Shown here piece after piece: positions 20,421 through 30,235 of a stretch of 64,000 bases of DNA; within the stretch, counting starts at the first letter, position 1, and each line of letters begins with the position of its first letter. The notes beneath the pieces were generated by a model. That model had not been told where the DNA came from. It ran no database searches and saw only the letters and a program-made list of their open reading frames with translations. The DNA is from Candidatus Poriferihabitaceae bacterium (lineage in GTDB: Bacteria > Pseudomonadota > Gammaproteobacteria > Arenicellales > Poriferihabitantaceae). Made by a program: the position numbers and the translations under genes. The DNA lies in NCBI GenBank assembly GCA_965204165.1, contig OZ241969.1, positions 4,088,735 through 4,152,734 of the forward strand. The letters are read 5' to 3'.

Positions 20421-22760
20421 GTGGAAGAAAACGGCATAACAAAAGAGTCATTCGCAAAACGGTTTGCCGAAAGGGTGCTCGCGGCCCGCTGGCGGGTCAT
20501 CCTTGTCACGCTGTTCCTGGTTGCGGTCGCTTCAAGCGGTATTGCCCGGCTCGAATTCTCCGCCAACTACCGTATCTTCTTCGACGACGATAACCCGCAG
20601 CTTCTGGCCCTGGAAGCGCTGGAGAACACATACGGGAAGAACGAAAACATCGTGTTCCTGATTGTTCCGAACGATGGTGACGCCACATCGCAAGGCGCAC
20701 TGTCGGCCGCCGCCTGGCTCACGGAATCCGCCTGGCATACACCCTATTCGAGGCGCGTCGACTCGCTCGCCAATTTCCAATTCACAACCGCTGACGGCGA
20801 CGATCTGTACGTGCGGGATCTGGTTGATCCGCAGGAACTGGCCCAGCCTGAGGCGCGGTCCCGGATCCGGGATGTCGCTTCGTCCGACCCCCGTATCGCC
20901 GGCAGCATTCTTTCCCTGAACGGGGATGTCAGCGTGGTAAACGTCACCGTTGAACTGCCGGAGGAGGGCCTGCTGGAGGCCGTGGCCGAAATTGCCGGGT
21001 TCGCCAGGTCCGTCGCCGCGGAGGCGGAAGAACGGTTTCCCGGCGTGGACCTCCGTATCGTCGGCACGGTGATGATCAACCAGACATTCCTGGAAGCATC
21101 GATCGACAGCCAGAAGGTCTTCCTGCCCGCGAGCCTGCTGCTCATGGCCCTGATCCTCGGCGTCCTCACACGGGGCTGGGCGGGGGTGGCGGCTACCGGA
21201 TTGGTCATCGTCTTTTCCATTCTCGCGTCAATGGGCCTTGGCATGTGGGCCGGGATGCCCTTTTCCCCGCCCATCTCGCCGGCGCCCACCATCGTGCTGA
21301 TGATTGTCGTGGCGAACTGCGTGCACCTGCTGGTGGCCCTGCAGCAGTGCCTGCGTGCCGGGCATACCAGACACGACGCCATCGTCGAATCCGTCAGGCT
21401 GAACCTGTACCCGGTATTCCTGGCGAGTCTCACGACGACGCTTGGATTCCTCAGCATGAACTTCTCCGAGGTGCCGCCCTATCGCCATCTCGGCAACTTC
21501 GTCGCTTTCGGCATCGCCACCTCCTTCATCCTCTCCGTCACCTTCCTGCCGGCCCTGCTTTCGCTGCTCCCGGTCCGTGCCAAGAAGGAACGCCGGTTCG
21601 GCGGAACCGCCATGGTCCGCCTGGCGGATTCCGTGCTGCGCTACAGAAAGGCGATCCTGTGGGCATGGATTCTGATCGTGCCCCTGATGCTTCTGGCCAT
21701 TCCGCGCAACGAACTGAACGATGTCCTGGTTCATTTCTTCGATGAGAGCGTCGAGTTCCGGCAGGATACGGATTTCATGGACGAGCACCTGAGCGGCAAT
21801 ACCCTGCTCGAATACTCGCTGGAAGCAACGGTCGAGGGCGGTGTCACCGACCCCCTGTTCCTGGCCGACGTCTCGAAATTCGCCGACTGGTACCGCGAGC
21901 AGCCCCCGGTACGCCACGTGGCGGTCATCACCGACACCTTCCGCCAACTCAACAAGAGCATGCACGGCGACGACCCGGCTGCCTACCGGATCCCGGAAAG
22001 CCAGGACCTGGCGGCGCAGTACCTGCTGCTGTACGAACTCTCGCTTCCCCAGGGCCTGAACCTGAACAACCAGATCGACAGGTCCCGATCGGCCACCCGC
22101 GTGACGATTTCGGCTGAAACGCTGGATACACAGGAGGTGCTTGAACTGAACGCGCGTGCCAAGGCCTGGCTGAAGGAAAACGCGGCCCATGTCGCCGACG
22201 TCAACAGCACCGGGCCCGCAGCGCTGTTCGCCTACATCGGGCAGCGCAACATCCGTGCCATGCTGGTCGGGACGCTGGTCGTGCTCCTGGCCATTTCCGC
22301 CATTCTCCTCTTTGCCCTGCGGTCGCTCAGGCTGGGCCTGATCAGCATCATCCCCAATCTGGTCCCCGCCGCGCTGGGCTTCGGCGTCTGGGGGTTGACG
22401 GTGGGACAGGTGGGCCTGTCGTTATCCGTGGTGGTTGCCATGACCGTGGGCATCGTCGTGGACGATACGGTGCACTTTCTCAGCAAGTACCGCCGTGCGC
22501 GGCGGGAATACGGCCAGAACACCGAAGAAGCGGTGCATCACGCCTTTGACACCGCCGGCCGGGCCCTTTTCACAACGACGGTGGTGCTGGTGGCCGGCTT
22601 TCTGATCTTCGCGTTCTCCCCGTTCGTTCCCACCGCGCAGGTCGGGGTGCTGACCGCGATGATCATTGGCTTTGCATTCATTGCCGACCTGACGCTTCTG
22701 CCGGCGCTGCTGACGGTGGTGGACCGGGGTCCTGCCAGGCGGAACGCGCCAGCATCCTGA
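20421..22760 (+). CDS. RND-superfamily exporter (COG1033/MMPL-HpnN-like)
   Basis: 779 aa with two 6-TM bundles, each following a large soluble loop. GTG start. Confidence 0.85.
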   Translation: MEENGITKESFAKRFAERVLAARWRVILVTLFLVAVASSGIARLEFSANYRIFFDDDNPQLLALEALENTYGKNENIVFLIVPNDGDATSQGALSAAAWLTESAWHTPYSRRVDSLANFQFTTADGDDLYVRDLVDPQELAQPEARSRIRDVASSDPRIAGSILSLNGDVSVVNVTVELPEEGLLEAVAEIAGFARSVAAEAEERFPGVDLRIVGTVMINQTFLEASIDSQKVFLPASLLLMALILGVLTRGWAGVAATGLVIVFSILASMGLGMWAGMPFSPPISPAPTIVLMIVVANCVHLLVALQQCLRAGHTRHDAIVESVRLNLYPVFLASLTTTLGFLSMNFSEVPPYRHLGNFVAFGIATSFILSVTFLPALLSLLPVRAKKERRFGGTAMVRLADSVLRYRKAILWAWILIVPLMLLAIPRNELNDVLVHFFDESVEFRQDTDFMDEHLSGNTLLEYSLEATVEGGVTDPLFLADVSKFADWYREQPPVRHVAVITDTFRQLNKSMHGDDPAAYRIPESQDLAAQYLLLYELSLPQGLNLNNQIDRSRSATRVTISAETLDTQEVLELNARAKAWLKENAAHVADVNSTGPAALFAYIGQRNIRAMLVGTLVVLLAISAILLFALRSLRLGLISIIPNLVPAALGFGVWGLTVGQVGLSLSVVVAMTVGIVVDDTVHFLSKYRRARREYGQNTEEAVHHAFDTAGRALFTTTVVLVAGFLIFAFSPFVPTAQVGVLTAMIIGFAFIADLTLLPALLTVVDRGPARRNAPAS

Positions 22761-22819
22761 TCTGCCCCTTAAGGCGTGCAACCGACCCACATTGAACCGG
22801 ATTTCCCGACCCCTGGAAT

Positions 22820-22850
22820 TTGCTCTTTCCTGGTCGAGATTGCATATAAT
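22820..22850 (+). promoter_or_regulatory. candidate sigma70 promoter for the RiPP export operon
   Basis: Perfect TATAAT at 22845-22850 in a locally AT-richer spacer. TTGCTC at 22820-22825 gives a long 19-nt spacer; the alternative is an extended -10, TGcATATAA. Confidence 0.3.
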
Positions 22851-22914
22851 CTCCCAAATCTTCACTCAGACCGAATGAGATTCTCTTTGTCCTTGCTGGA
22901 TCTCTACGAGGAGG

Positions 22915-23478
22915 TTGCCCGCGGTCGTGTTCAATAATCCATTTGATTCATTTCACAATACGGTTGCCGAAGCAAAGGAGGAACGCGAACAGCTCGACCG
23001 GCTGCTGACAATCTCCACGCCCCGGGAGCGTCTGCTGGTCGCCGCCATCGCCGTGATGCTGCTCATCCTCGGGACCTGGTTCTTCTATGGCAACGTGCCC
23101 CGCAGCCTTGCGCTGGACGGCGTGCTGGTCGAGCCCGGCGAAGGCCTGTCCGAGGAAAGCAGGTCCTTGCAGGCGCTCGTCTGGGTCAAGAGCGACATCG
23201 CGCCGTATATAAAGGCCGGGATACCGGCGGTGATAGAGCTGGATATGGCGGACGGAAAGGCGGACACGCTTGACGGGGAGGTCGCGGACATTTCCGCCGT
23301 ACCCCTGCAAGGAGGGCTGGCGACGCTCGAGACCGCGGTGCCGGTGTCCGTCCACCGCATCGTCGTCACGCTCGATGAAAGTCACGACCTGACTTCCCTT
23401 GTGGACGGGGAGTGCCGGATCTTCCTCGAACTTGGCAGGCAATCACCGATTGCATTGTTCCGAATGAAGCAATCGTAA
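22915..23478 (+). CDS. short HlyD-like periplasmic adaptor of the NHLP bacteriocin export system
   Basis: 187 aa. The N-terminus (EQLDRLLTISTPRERLLVAAIAVMLLILGTWFF) looks like NHLP-system HlyD proteins, but the coiled-coil hairpin appears absent. Start (TTG 22915 or GTG 22927) is uncertain. Confidence 0.65.
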   Translation: MPAVVFNNPFDSFHNTVAEAKEEREQLDRLLTISTPRERLLVAAIAVMLLILGTWFFYGNVPRSLALDGVLVEPGEGLSEESRSLQALVWVKSDIAPYIKAGIPAVIELDMADGKADTLDGEVADISAVPLQGGLATLETAVPVSVHRIVVTLDESHDLTSLVDGECRIFLELGRQSPIALFRMKQS

Positions 23479-23479
23479 G

Positions 23480-25684
23480 ATGGTCGCCTCTAAAGGGGCT
23501 GCCGGTCAGGCCGCCACAGACTCCCGGAAACGGAAGGTAGTCACCCCGGTCCTGTTGCAGATGCACGCGTCGGAATGTGGCGCAGCCTGCCTCGGCATCA
23601 TCCTGGCCCACTTCGGGCGCTGGGTGCCGCTTACCGAATTGCGCGAAAAATGCGAGGTGAGCCGCGACGGCAGCAGTGCCGCGAGCATCCTGCGCGCCTC
23701 GAGACACTACGGCCTCGAATGCAATGGATTCAGCATGCGCGCCGAGCAACTGCAAAAGCTGGAACTGCCCCTGATACTGTTCTGGCAATTCAGCCATTTC
23801 GTCGTCCTCGAGGGGTTCGACGGCCGCAACTACCATCTCAATGACCCGTCCACGGGACGACGCAGGCTTTCCGTTGAAGAATTCAACAAGGGCTACAGCG
23901 GCGTTGCACTACGGTTCAAGCTCGGCGCCGATTTCAAGCCCGGCGGCGAGCAACCCGGCCTGTTCAGGCAACTGGGCACCCTGCTCGGCGGATCATGGAA
24001 TGTGCTTGCCGGGGTGATTGCCTGCGGGTTCATGCTGACGTTGCTGGCACTCCTCGTCCCCGTATCCATCAGTGTTTTCGTGGACGACGTCCTGGAAAAC
24101 CATGGACCCTGGGGCGGACTGGTGGCGGCCCTGCTGTGCGGCGGTGTCCTGGTATACATCCTGTCCCTGCTCAAGCACCGGTTCCTGAAGCGTCTCGCAA
24201 CCCGGATTTCGGTGACCGGCTACAATCGAGGCCTGTCGCGCCTGTTGCGGTTGCCGGTGGAGTTTTTCGAGCACCGGCTGGCCGGCGACCTGACCGACCG
24301 GGTCTCGTCCATTGACAGAATCGCGAAGAATCTGACGGACCAGTTCCTCGTGCTCATGATCGACATGGCCATGAGCGTGGTGTTGCTCATCGCCATGCTC
24401 GCCTACGATATCCGGCTGACGCTGGTTGTGCTGCTGCTGGCGCTTGTGCACGGCATCCTGGCCCACTTTCTGAACGCCCACCGGGCGGTCCGAAGCCAGA
24501 CGATGAGGCGCGAACAGGGATTGCTGATCGGCCTCGGCATGCAGATGCTGAACCATGCGGACAACCTGCGCATGACGGGAGCGGATGACCGGTTTTTTTC
24601 GCGCTGGAGCGGTCAGCAGGCACGCGAACTGCAGGCGCGCCAGGCCTATTCCGAACTGGGTTCCGTCAACACCGCGCTTCCGGGCCTGATTGCCACACTT
24701 CGCAGCGCGGCGATCCTCGGCATCGGAGGCAGCATGGTCATGAGCGGGCAGATGACCCTGGGGGCGCTGGTGGGCTTCTATATCCTGGCAGAACTGTTCC
24801 TGACCCCGATCGGGCACTTCCTGGAATTCGCCGACAAGCGCCAGGCGCTCGAAACCGACCTGCAGCGGGTCGATGACATCTCCAAGGCCGCCGAAGACCC
24901 GGTCTTCAACCGCCGGAGTCCGGAATCGGACTCGATTCCCACGTTCAACGGCCGGCTCCAGCTGGCAGGCCAGCTCGAACTGCGCCATGTCACCTTCGGT
25001 TTCAACAAGAGCCGCCCGCCCCTGATCAAGGACTTCAGCCTCGTGATCAGGCCGGGACAGCGGGTTGCCGTGGTCGGTCCCAGCGGCTCCGGCAAGTCGA
25101 CCCTGGCGCGCCTGGTTTCGGGTGTCTATCAGCCCTGGTCGGGGGAAATCCTGTTCGATGGCCACCTGCGGGATGAGATACCCGAGGAAGTGCTGCGGCA
25201 GTCCATTTCCATGGTGGATCAGGAGGTCGTGCTCTTTTCCGCGTCCGTACGCGACAATATCACCCTGTGGAATCCGGCCATCCCGGATGAAGCCATTTTC
25301 ACCGCGACGCGGGATGCCCAGATCCATGACGAAATTCTGATCCGGCCCCAAGGATATGCGACCCTGGTCGAAGAGGGCGGGGCGAATTTCAGCGGCGGCC
25401 AGCGGCAACGGCTGGAAATCGCCCGCGCGCTGGTGGGCCATCCGACGGTACTCATCCTGGACGAGGCGACCAGCGCTCTCGATGCCGCGACTGAGGAATT
25501 CGTTGATGATGCCCTTCGGCGGCGCGGCGTCACCTGCCTGATCGTGGCTCACCGGCTGAGCACCGTGCGGGATTGCGATGAAATCATCGTGCTCGACAAG
25601 GGCGTTACGGTGCAGCGCGGCACGCATTCCGAGCTGATTGCGGACCGGGAAGGCACGTACTACAAGCTGGTCAAGTCGGGCTGA
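23480..25684 (+). CDS. NHLP-family bacteriocin export ABC transporter, C39 peptidase/permease/ATPase
   Basis: C39 Cys/His motifs (ECGAACLGII, HFVVLEG), 6-TM domain, Walker A GPSGSGKST, signature FSGGQRQRL. Confidence 0.9.
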   Translation: MVASKGAAGQAATDSRKRKVVTPVLLQMHASECGAACLGIILAHFGRWVPLTELREKCEVSRDGSSAASILRASRHYGLECNGFSMRAEQLQKLELPLILFWQFSHFVVLEGFDGRNYHLNDPSTGRRRLSVEEFNKGYSGVALRFKLGADFKPGGEQPGLFRQLGTLLGGSWNVLAGVIACGFMLTLLALLVPVSISVFVDDVLENHGPWGGLVAALLCGGVLVYILSLLKHRFLKRLATRISVTGYNRGLSRLLRLPVEFFEHRLAGDLTDRVSSIDRIAKNLTDQFLVLMIDMAMSVVLLIAMLAYDIRLTLVVLLLALVHGILAHFLNAHRAVRSQTMRREQGLLIGLGMQMLNHADNLRMTGADDRFFSRWSGQQARELQARQAYSELGSVNTALPGLIATLRSAAILGIGGSMVMSGQMTLGALVGFYILAELFLTPIGHFLEFADKRQALETDLQRVDDISKAAEDPVFNRRSPESDSIPTFNGRLQLAGQLELRHVTFGFNKSRPPLIKDFSLVIRPGQRVAVVGPSGSGKSTLARLVSGVYQPWSGEILFDGHLRDEIPEEVLRQSISMVDQEVVLFSASVRDNITLWNPAIPDEAIFTATRDAQIHDEILIRPQGYATLVEEGGANFSGGQRQRLEIARALVGHPTVLILDEATSALDAATEEFVDDALRRRGVTCLIVAHRLSTVRDCDEIIVLDKGVTVQRGTHSELIADREGTYYKLVKSG

Positions 25685-28629
25685 TGAAGGACGCCGGACC
25701 GCAATACACATCCATCGCAGAGCTCGCCGCAAGCTCCGGCACAGCCGTGCCCTGCGCCGGCAACCTGCCGGTCAGGCTCGACGATCCGGACAGCGTCTGG
25801 TTCATCGATCAGGGCGCCGTCAACCTGTTTCTGATCGAATTCAAGGACGGGGTGGAACAGGCGGCACCACAGCATCTGCTGCGCCGGGATTCGGGATGGT
25901 TGCTGCCGGGCGTCGCCCCGGACGTACGGGACGATGGCCAGGACACTACGCTCAGCCTGATGGCCAAGGGAATGCCGGGCACAATGCTGAAACGGCTGCC
26001 GGCGTCCCTGCTGTCCCAGGCCGATCCGACGGAACTGGCGGAGCAGGCCGACACCTGGCTGAACGCCATCACCGGCACGCTGTCGCGCTTTGCGAGCCCC
26101 CTTCCGCGTCCGAACGCCTTGGCCGAACCCGGTCTGGCGCAAACCCTTTCTCCCCCCTGCACGCTGTCCACACGGCACCGCGTGGTATGGGTCAGCAAAC
26201 CGTCGCACGGCGCAGTCCTGTTCATGGATATCGTCGACCAGGCGGAACTTGCCGAGGCCGGCGGTGCAGGCGAAACCATGCTTCCGCTGACACGGACCAG
26301 CTGGATCACCCTGTTCGAAGAGACGACACTGACGGGCCAGTCTACCGAAACATTGGCGCAGCAAGGCACGCTGCTGCCGGCGCTCGCCACCTTCCACGCG
26401 GTCGCCTTCACCCTGGAACGCCTTAACCGCCGCCTGGCCGTGGTCGATGACGTGAATCTCGAGCGCGCGCGGACAACCAGCCGCCGCACGGCCGAAAAGG
26501 TTGCCAGGCAACGGCTTTTCAATATCTATGATCTGCCCATTGACCGGGATGCCAGTGTCGAGGACACGGCTCTGGAAGATGCCCTGCAGGTCATCGGCCG
26601 CCATGAAGGCATCGATTTCAGGATTCCGGCGCGCACGGGACCTGCCGATATTCCGATCGGTCTCGTGGACGTTCTCGACGCATCGGGCGTACGCGCCCGG
26701 CGCGTGCGTTTCAAGGACGAGGGAACCTGGTGGCGCGGGGACAGCAACGCGATGCTGGTATTCCGCCCGGAAGACGGGCAGCCCGTGGCGTTGCTTCCGG
26801 GAATGTTCGGGCGCTATCGGGAATACGACCCGGCCACCAAGCGCACTACGCGGATTACCGCGGACCGCGCCAGCGCGCTTGGAGAGGAAGCCTGGATGTT
26901 CTACCGGCCATTGCCGTCGGGGAACGTGAATCCGGCAGACCTGCTGAAAATCGCCCTGCACGGGTCGGCCGCGGATCTGGCGCGGCTGGTGATTGCCGGG
27001 CTCCCGGGCGGCCTGATCAAGCTCCTGCCGGCACTTGCGCTCGGATTCGTTGCGCATGAAGTTACTGCGGGCGGAAACGTCGAGGCGCTCTATGCCGTGG
27101 CCGTGGCGCTGGCGGGATTCGGCCTGCTCGGCGCCCTGCTGCATCTTCTTCAGGGCACTGCGATGATGCGGCTCGAGGCGCGCGCAGCGTCACGGGTCGA
27201 AGCCGCCTTCTGGGACCGCCTCATGCGTCTTCCGCCAAGCATCCTGCACCGCCAGCCGGCAGGCGACCTGGCCATGTCGGGAATGACCTTCCAGAATCTT
27301 CGCGACGGCCTGCAGGGAGTCGTTGCCGACAGCTTCCTGTCGATCATTTTCCTGCTTCCGACGTTCGGCGTCATCTTCTTCTACGATGCCACCCTCGGGA
27401 GCATCGCCCTCGCCTTCAGCCTGGCGTCCCTGCTGATCATCGCGGTCCTCGGATGGCGCCAGATTTTGCCGTATGGCCGGATGATCAGTGCGGCGCGGCG
27501 CGTAGCCGGCCAGCTGTTCCAGATCGTGGGCGGCATTACCAAGCTGCGCGTGGAAAATGCGGAAGGGTCGGCTTTCGCCATCTGGGCGCGGGGCTACCGC
27601 GAGCAGAAACGCGCGGAACTCGAACTGGGCGCGCTCGAGGGGCATTCCCGGGCATTTGGCGCCGCGCTCCCCTTTCTCGCCGGCGGGGTACTGCTTTTTG
27701 CGGTGGTGTCGGTGGGAGAACGGAACGTCCCGGTCGGCGATTTTCTTGTCGTCTACACGGTCTTCATCGTATTCCAGACCGCCATCGCCCGGCTCGGCGA
27801 GTCCTTCGGCACCGTTGCCGCCATGCTGCCGGCGTTCGAACAGATGCGCCCGCTACTCACCGCGGTTCCCGAGGCCGAGGTCGAAGGAGAGCCGGTTGAA
27901 TATCTGGGCGGCGACATCCTGTTCGACCACATTTCCTTCCGCTATGATCCCGACGGTCCGCTGATTCTCGACGGGGTCACGATCCGCGCCCGCCCCGGCG
28001 AATTCATCGCGATTGCCGGCGAGTCCGGTGCCGGCAAGAGCACCCTATTCCGGCTCGCACTCGGCATTGACCGGCCAACCGCCGGTGCGGTGTATTACGA
28101 CGGCCGTGACCTCAGGCACCTGAATCTGAAGCAGGTGCGCCGGAAAATCGGCGCAGTGCCGCAATCGGTGGGGCTCCATCCCCAGGACCTCTGGGACAAC
28201 CTGGTCAGTCACCACGACGAAGTGGCGAACGAGGAAGTATGGACCGCTGCCCGGGTCGCCGAAGTGGAAGACGAGATCAGGAGCATGCCCATGGGCATGA
28301 TGACCATGGTCGGCGCCAGCGGATCTGTCCTGTCGGGCGGCGAGAGCCAGCGCGTCACGATCGCCCGATCGGTGATCGGCAACCCGCGCATCATGCTGTT
28401 CGACGAGGCCACCAACTGGCTGGACAACGAAAGCCAGGCCAAGGTAATGCGGAACCTCACAACCCTGACAGCCACCCGGATGGTTATCGCCCACCGCCTG
28501 TCCACGCTGGAACAGGCTGACCGCATCTACGTGCTGCAGGCCGGAAAAGTCGTACAGAGCGGCTCCTTCGACGAACTCATGGCGGTCGACGGGGTATTCA
28601 AAGAACTGGTCAAGAGACAGGTCGCCTGA
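25684..28629 (+). CDS. NHLP-family bacteriocin export ABC transporter, permease/ATPase with N-terminal cNMP-binding-like domain
   Basis: 981 aa. N-terminal ~300 aa beta-rich domain, then TMD, Walker A GESGAGKST and LSGGESQRV. Start overlaps the upstream stop (TGATG). Confidence 0.85.
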   Translation: MKDAGPQYTSIAELAASSGTAVPCAGNLPVRLDDPDSVWFIDQGAVNLFLIEFKDGVEQAAPQHLLRRDSGWLLPGVAPDVRDDGQDTTLSLMAKGMPGTMLKRLPASLLSQADPTELAEQADTWLNAITGTLSRFASPLPRPNALAEPGLAQTLSPPCTLSTRHRVVWVSKPSHGAVLFMDIVDQAELAEAGGAGETMLPLTRTSWITLFEETTLTGQSTETLAQQGTLLPALATFHAVAFTLERLNRRLAVVDDVNLERARTTSRRTAEKVARQRLFNIYDLPIDRDASVEDTALEDALQVIGRHEGIDFRIPARTGPADIPIGLVDVLDASGVRARRVRFKDEGTWWRGDSNAMLVFRPEDGQPVALLPGMFGRYREYDPATKRTTRITADRASALGEEAWMFYRPLPSGNVNPADLLKIALHGSAADLARLVIAGLPGGLIKLLPALALGFVAHEVTAGGNVEALYAVAVALAGFGLLGALLHLLQGTAMMRLEARAASRVEAAFWDRLMRLPPSILHRQPAGDLAMSGMTFQNLRDGLQGVVADSFLSIIFLLPTFGVIFFYDATLGSIALAFSLASLLIIAVLGWRQILPYGRMISAARRVAGQLFQIVGGITKLRVENAEGSAFAIWARGYREQKRAELELGALEGHSRAFGAALPFLAGGVLLFAVVSVGERNVPVGDFLVVYTVFIVFQTAIARLGESFGTVAAMLPAFEQMRPLLTAVPEAEVEGEPVEYLGGDILFDHISFRYDPDGPLILDGVTIRARPGEFIAIAGESGAGKSTLFRLALGIDRPTAGAVYYDGRDLRHLNLKQVRRKIGAVPQSVGLHPQDLWDNLVSHHDEVANEEVWTAARVAEVEDEIRSMPMGMMTMVGASGSVLSGGESQRVTIARSVIGNPRIMLFDEATNWLDNESQAKVMRNLTTLTATRMVIAHRLSTLEQADRIYVLQAGKVVQSGSFDELMAVDGVFKELVKRQVA

Positions 28630-28722
28630 CCCGGAATTGCGGGTCGGAAGGCTGGCCCTGTTCCGTCATCCGGCTGCCGGGGACCCGCACCCGGCCACGT
28701 CTCGCGCAAATGGAAACCATCC

Positions 28723-30024
28723 ATGAAGAAACCTGCTGATGCAACCGATCGCATTGCTTCAAGAGCCGCCGAGGACAGCGACTTTCGCGCACGCCTTGTC
28801 ACGAATCCAAGGGAAACGATCGCAAGGGAATTCGGCGTTTCCCTGGACGAAGACCATGAGATACACGTGCACGAAGAAACCTATTCCGCCACGCACGTGG
28901 TGCTCCCGCCGCGCAGCAAATTCAGCGAGGCCGAGCGGAAGGAGGCGAAAGCCGGCGCAACGTCACTGGCGTTTCTTCGCAGGACGCTCCACGACCCCGC
29001 ACCGCCCATGCGCCCGCCCGCCCCCGAACGGGTGCGCTCCCGCAAGCACGCCGCCACCCCGAAGTCACTTGCCAAAGAGGGCAGGGAATGCATCCTCCGT
29101 GGCCTGGCCTTCCTGGAATCCGTGGTCGACGAATCCGGGGCCTGGCACTGCATCAGGTTCAATATCGCCGATCCGGACATTCCGCGGCATTTCGAAAAGC
29201 CCCCGTTCATTTCGGCCCATTGCGTGCTTGCCCTGGAAAGCAGCGATGAAGCCCGGGCCAAGGCCCTGTGCGACGCCACCAGGAAGTATCTCGGCAGCAC
29301 CATCGAGTATCCCGGATTGTGGCGCTACTACCGCCATCTTCCCCAGGATCTTGACAGCACCGCCGTCTGTTCGCTTGTCATCGGGACCCACCCCTGGATC
29401 TTTCTGGGAAGGAATGTCCGGCGAATACTGGCGAACCGCGACGACAACGGCTGTTTCATGACCTGGATGCTGGATGAAGCCGAACCCGATGTCGTGTCCA
29501 GCTTCCGTATCGAAGCCGATCCTGTGGTCAACGCGAATGTCATCGCCTACCTCGGCGACCACCCCGAAACCAGGGACGCCCAACGGTGGCTGGAGGCCCT
29601 GATCACCGAGGACCGGCTCAAGGACTCGTCCAAGTGGTATCCCGACACGGTCACGATCTACTATGCAACAACCCGTGCCATGATGCGCGCCGAACCCGCC
29701 CTCGACAGTCTGCGGCCGATACTTGCGGATCGAATCCTTGACCTGGGCGGCGGGAAGGGGGAATTCGGCAACCTCCTCCAGACCGCACAGGCGGTCTCGG
29801 CACTCTATAATATCGACCGCCTTGAAAGTATCGACGTGAAACGTCAGGTGGAAAGGATCATCGATTCGCAGCGTGAAGACGGCAGCTGGCCGGAACTGCT
29901 CGCGTTTGGCGACCAATCGCTGAGATGGGGCGCGTTCGGACAGATCGGGCACGGCTCTGAATCCGTGACCACCGCATTTTGCATCGAGGCCCTGGAGCGT
30001 CTCGTCGAGACCCTGGAAGCCTGA
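28723..30024 (+). CDS. NHLP leader-like domain fused to a squalene-hopene-cyclase/prenyltransferase-like alpha/alpha toroid domain
   Basis: Residues 1-78 align without gaps to the precursor at 31476-31727, including Ala-Gly at 77-78. The rest carries VVDESGAW, NRDDNGCF and SQREDGSW repeats, and GLWRYYRHLPQDLDSTAV resembles GGW..DxDDTA. Confidence 0.7.
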   Translation: MKKPADATDRIASRAAEDSDFRARLVTNPRETIAREFGVSLDEDHEIHVHEETYSATHVVLPPRSKFSEAERKEAKAGATSLAFLRRTLHDPAPPMRPPAPERVRSRKHAATPKSLAKEGRECILRGLAFLESVVDESGAWHCIRFNIADPDIPRHFEKPPFISAHCVLALESSDEARAKALCDATRKYLGSTIEYPGLWRYYRHLPQDLDSTAVCSLVIGTHPWIFLGRNVRRILANRDDNGCFMTWMLDEAEPDVVSSFRIEADPVVNANVIAYLGDHPETRDAQRWLEALITEDRLKDSSKWYPDTVTIYYATTRAMMRAEPALDSLRPILADRILDLGGGKGEFGNLLQTAQAVSALYNIDRLESIDVKRQVERIIDSQREDGSWPELLAFGDQSLRWGAFGQIGHGSESVTTAFCIEALERLVETLEA

Positions 30025-30235
30025 AGGACTTGGACACGCAAGCAAATACGGGAAATGACCGCACGACCGCCGAAGCCGGGGGCATGGAGCCCCGGGCGCA
30101 GGACCGGACCCGGCACTGCGCCGGCATGCCTGTGGCGCGGGTGATTGTCCCGGCCATACGCCGTTCCCGGCAGGCCCGGCGTCCGTCGGAATGGACTGTC
30201 CGGGCCCCCGTTCCCTGCAGTCCCGAGGAATAAAT

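Noticed and set aside
29979-30233. 84-aa ORF in the gap between the leader-fusion gene and the 372-aa gene.
   Set aside because: It overlaps the end of 28723-30024, has an Arg/Pro-rich low-complexity composition and has no RBS. The downstream gene has its own good RBS.
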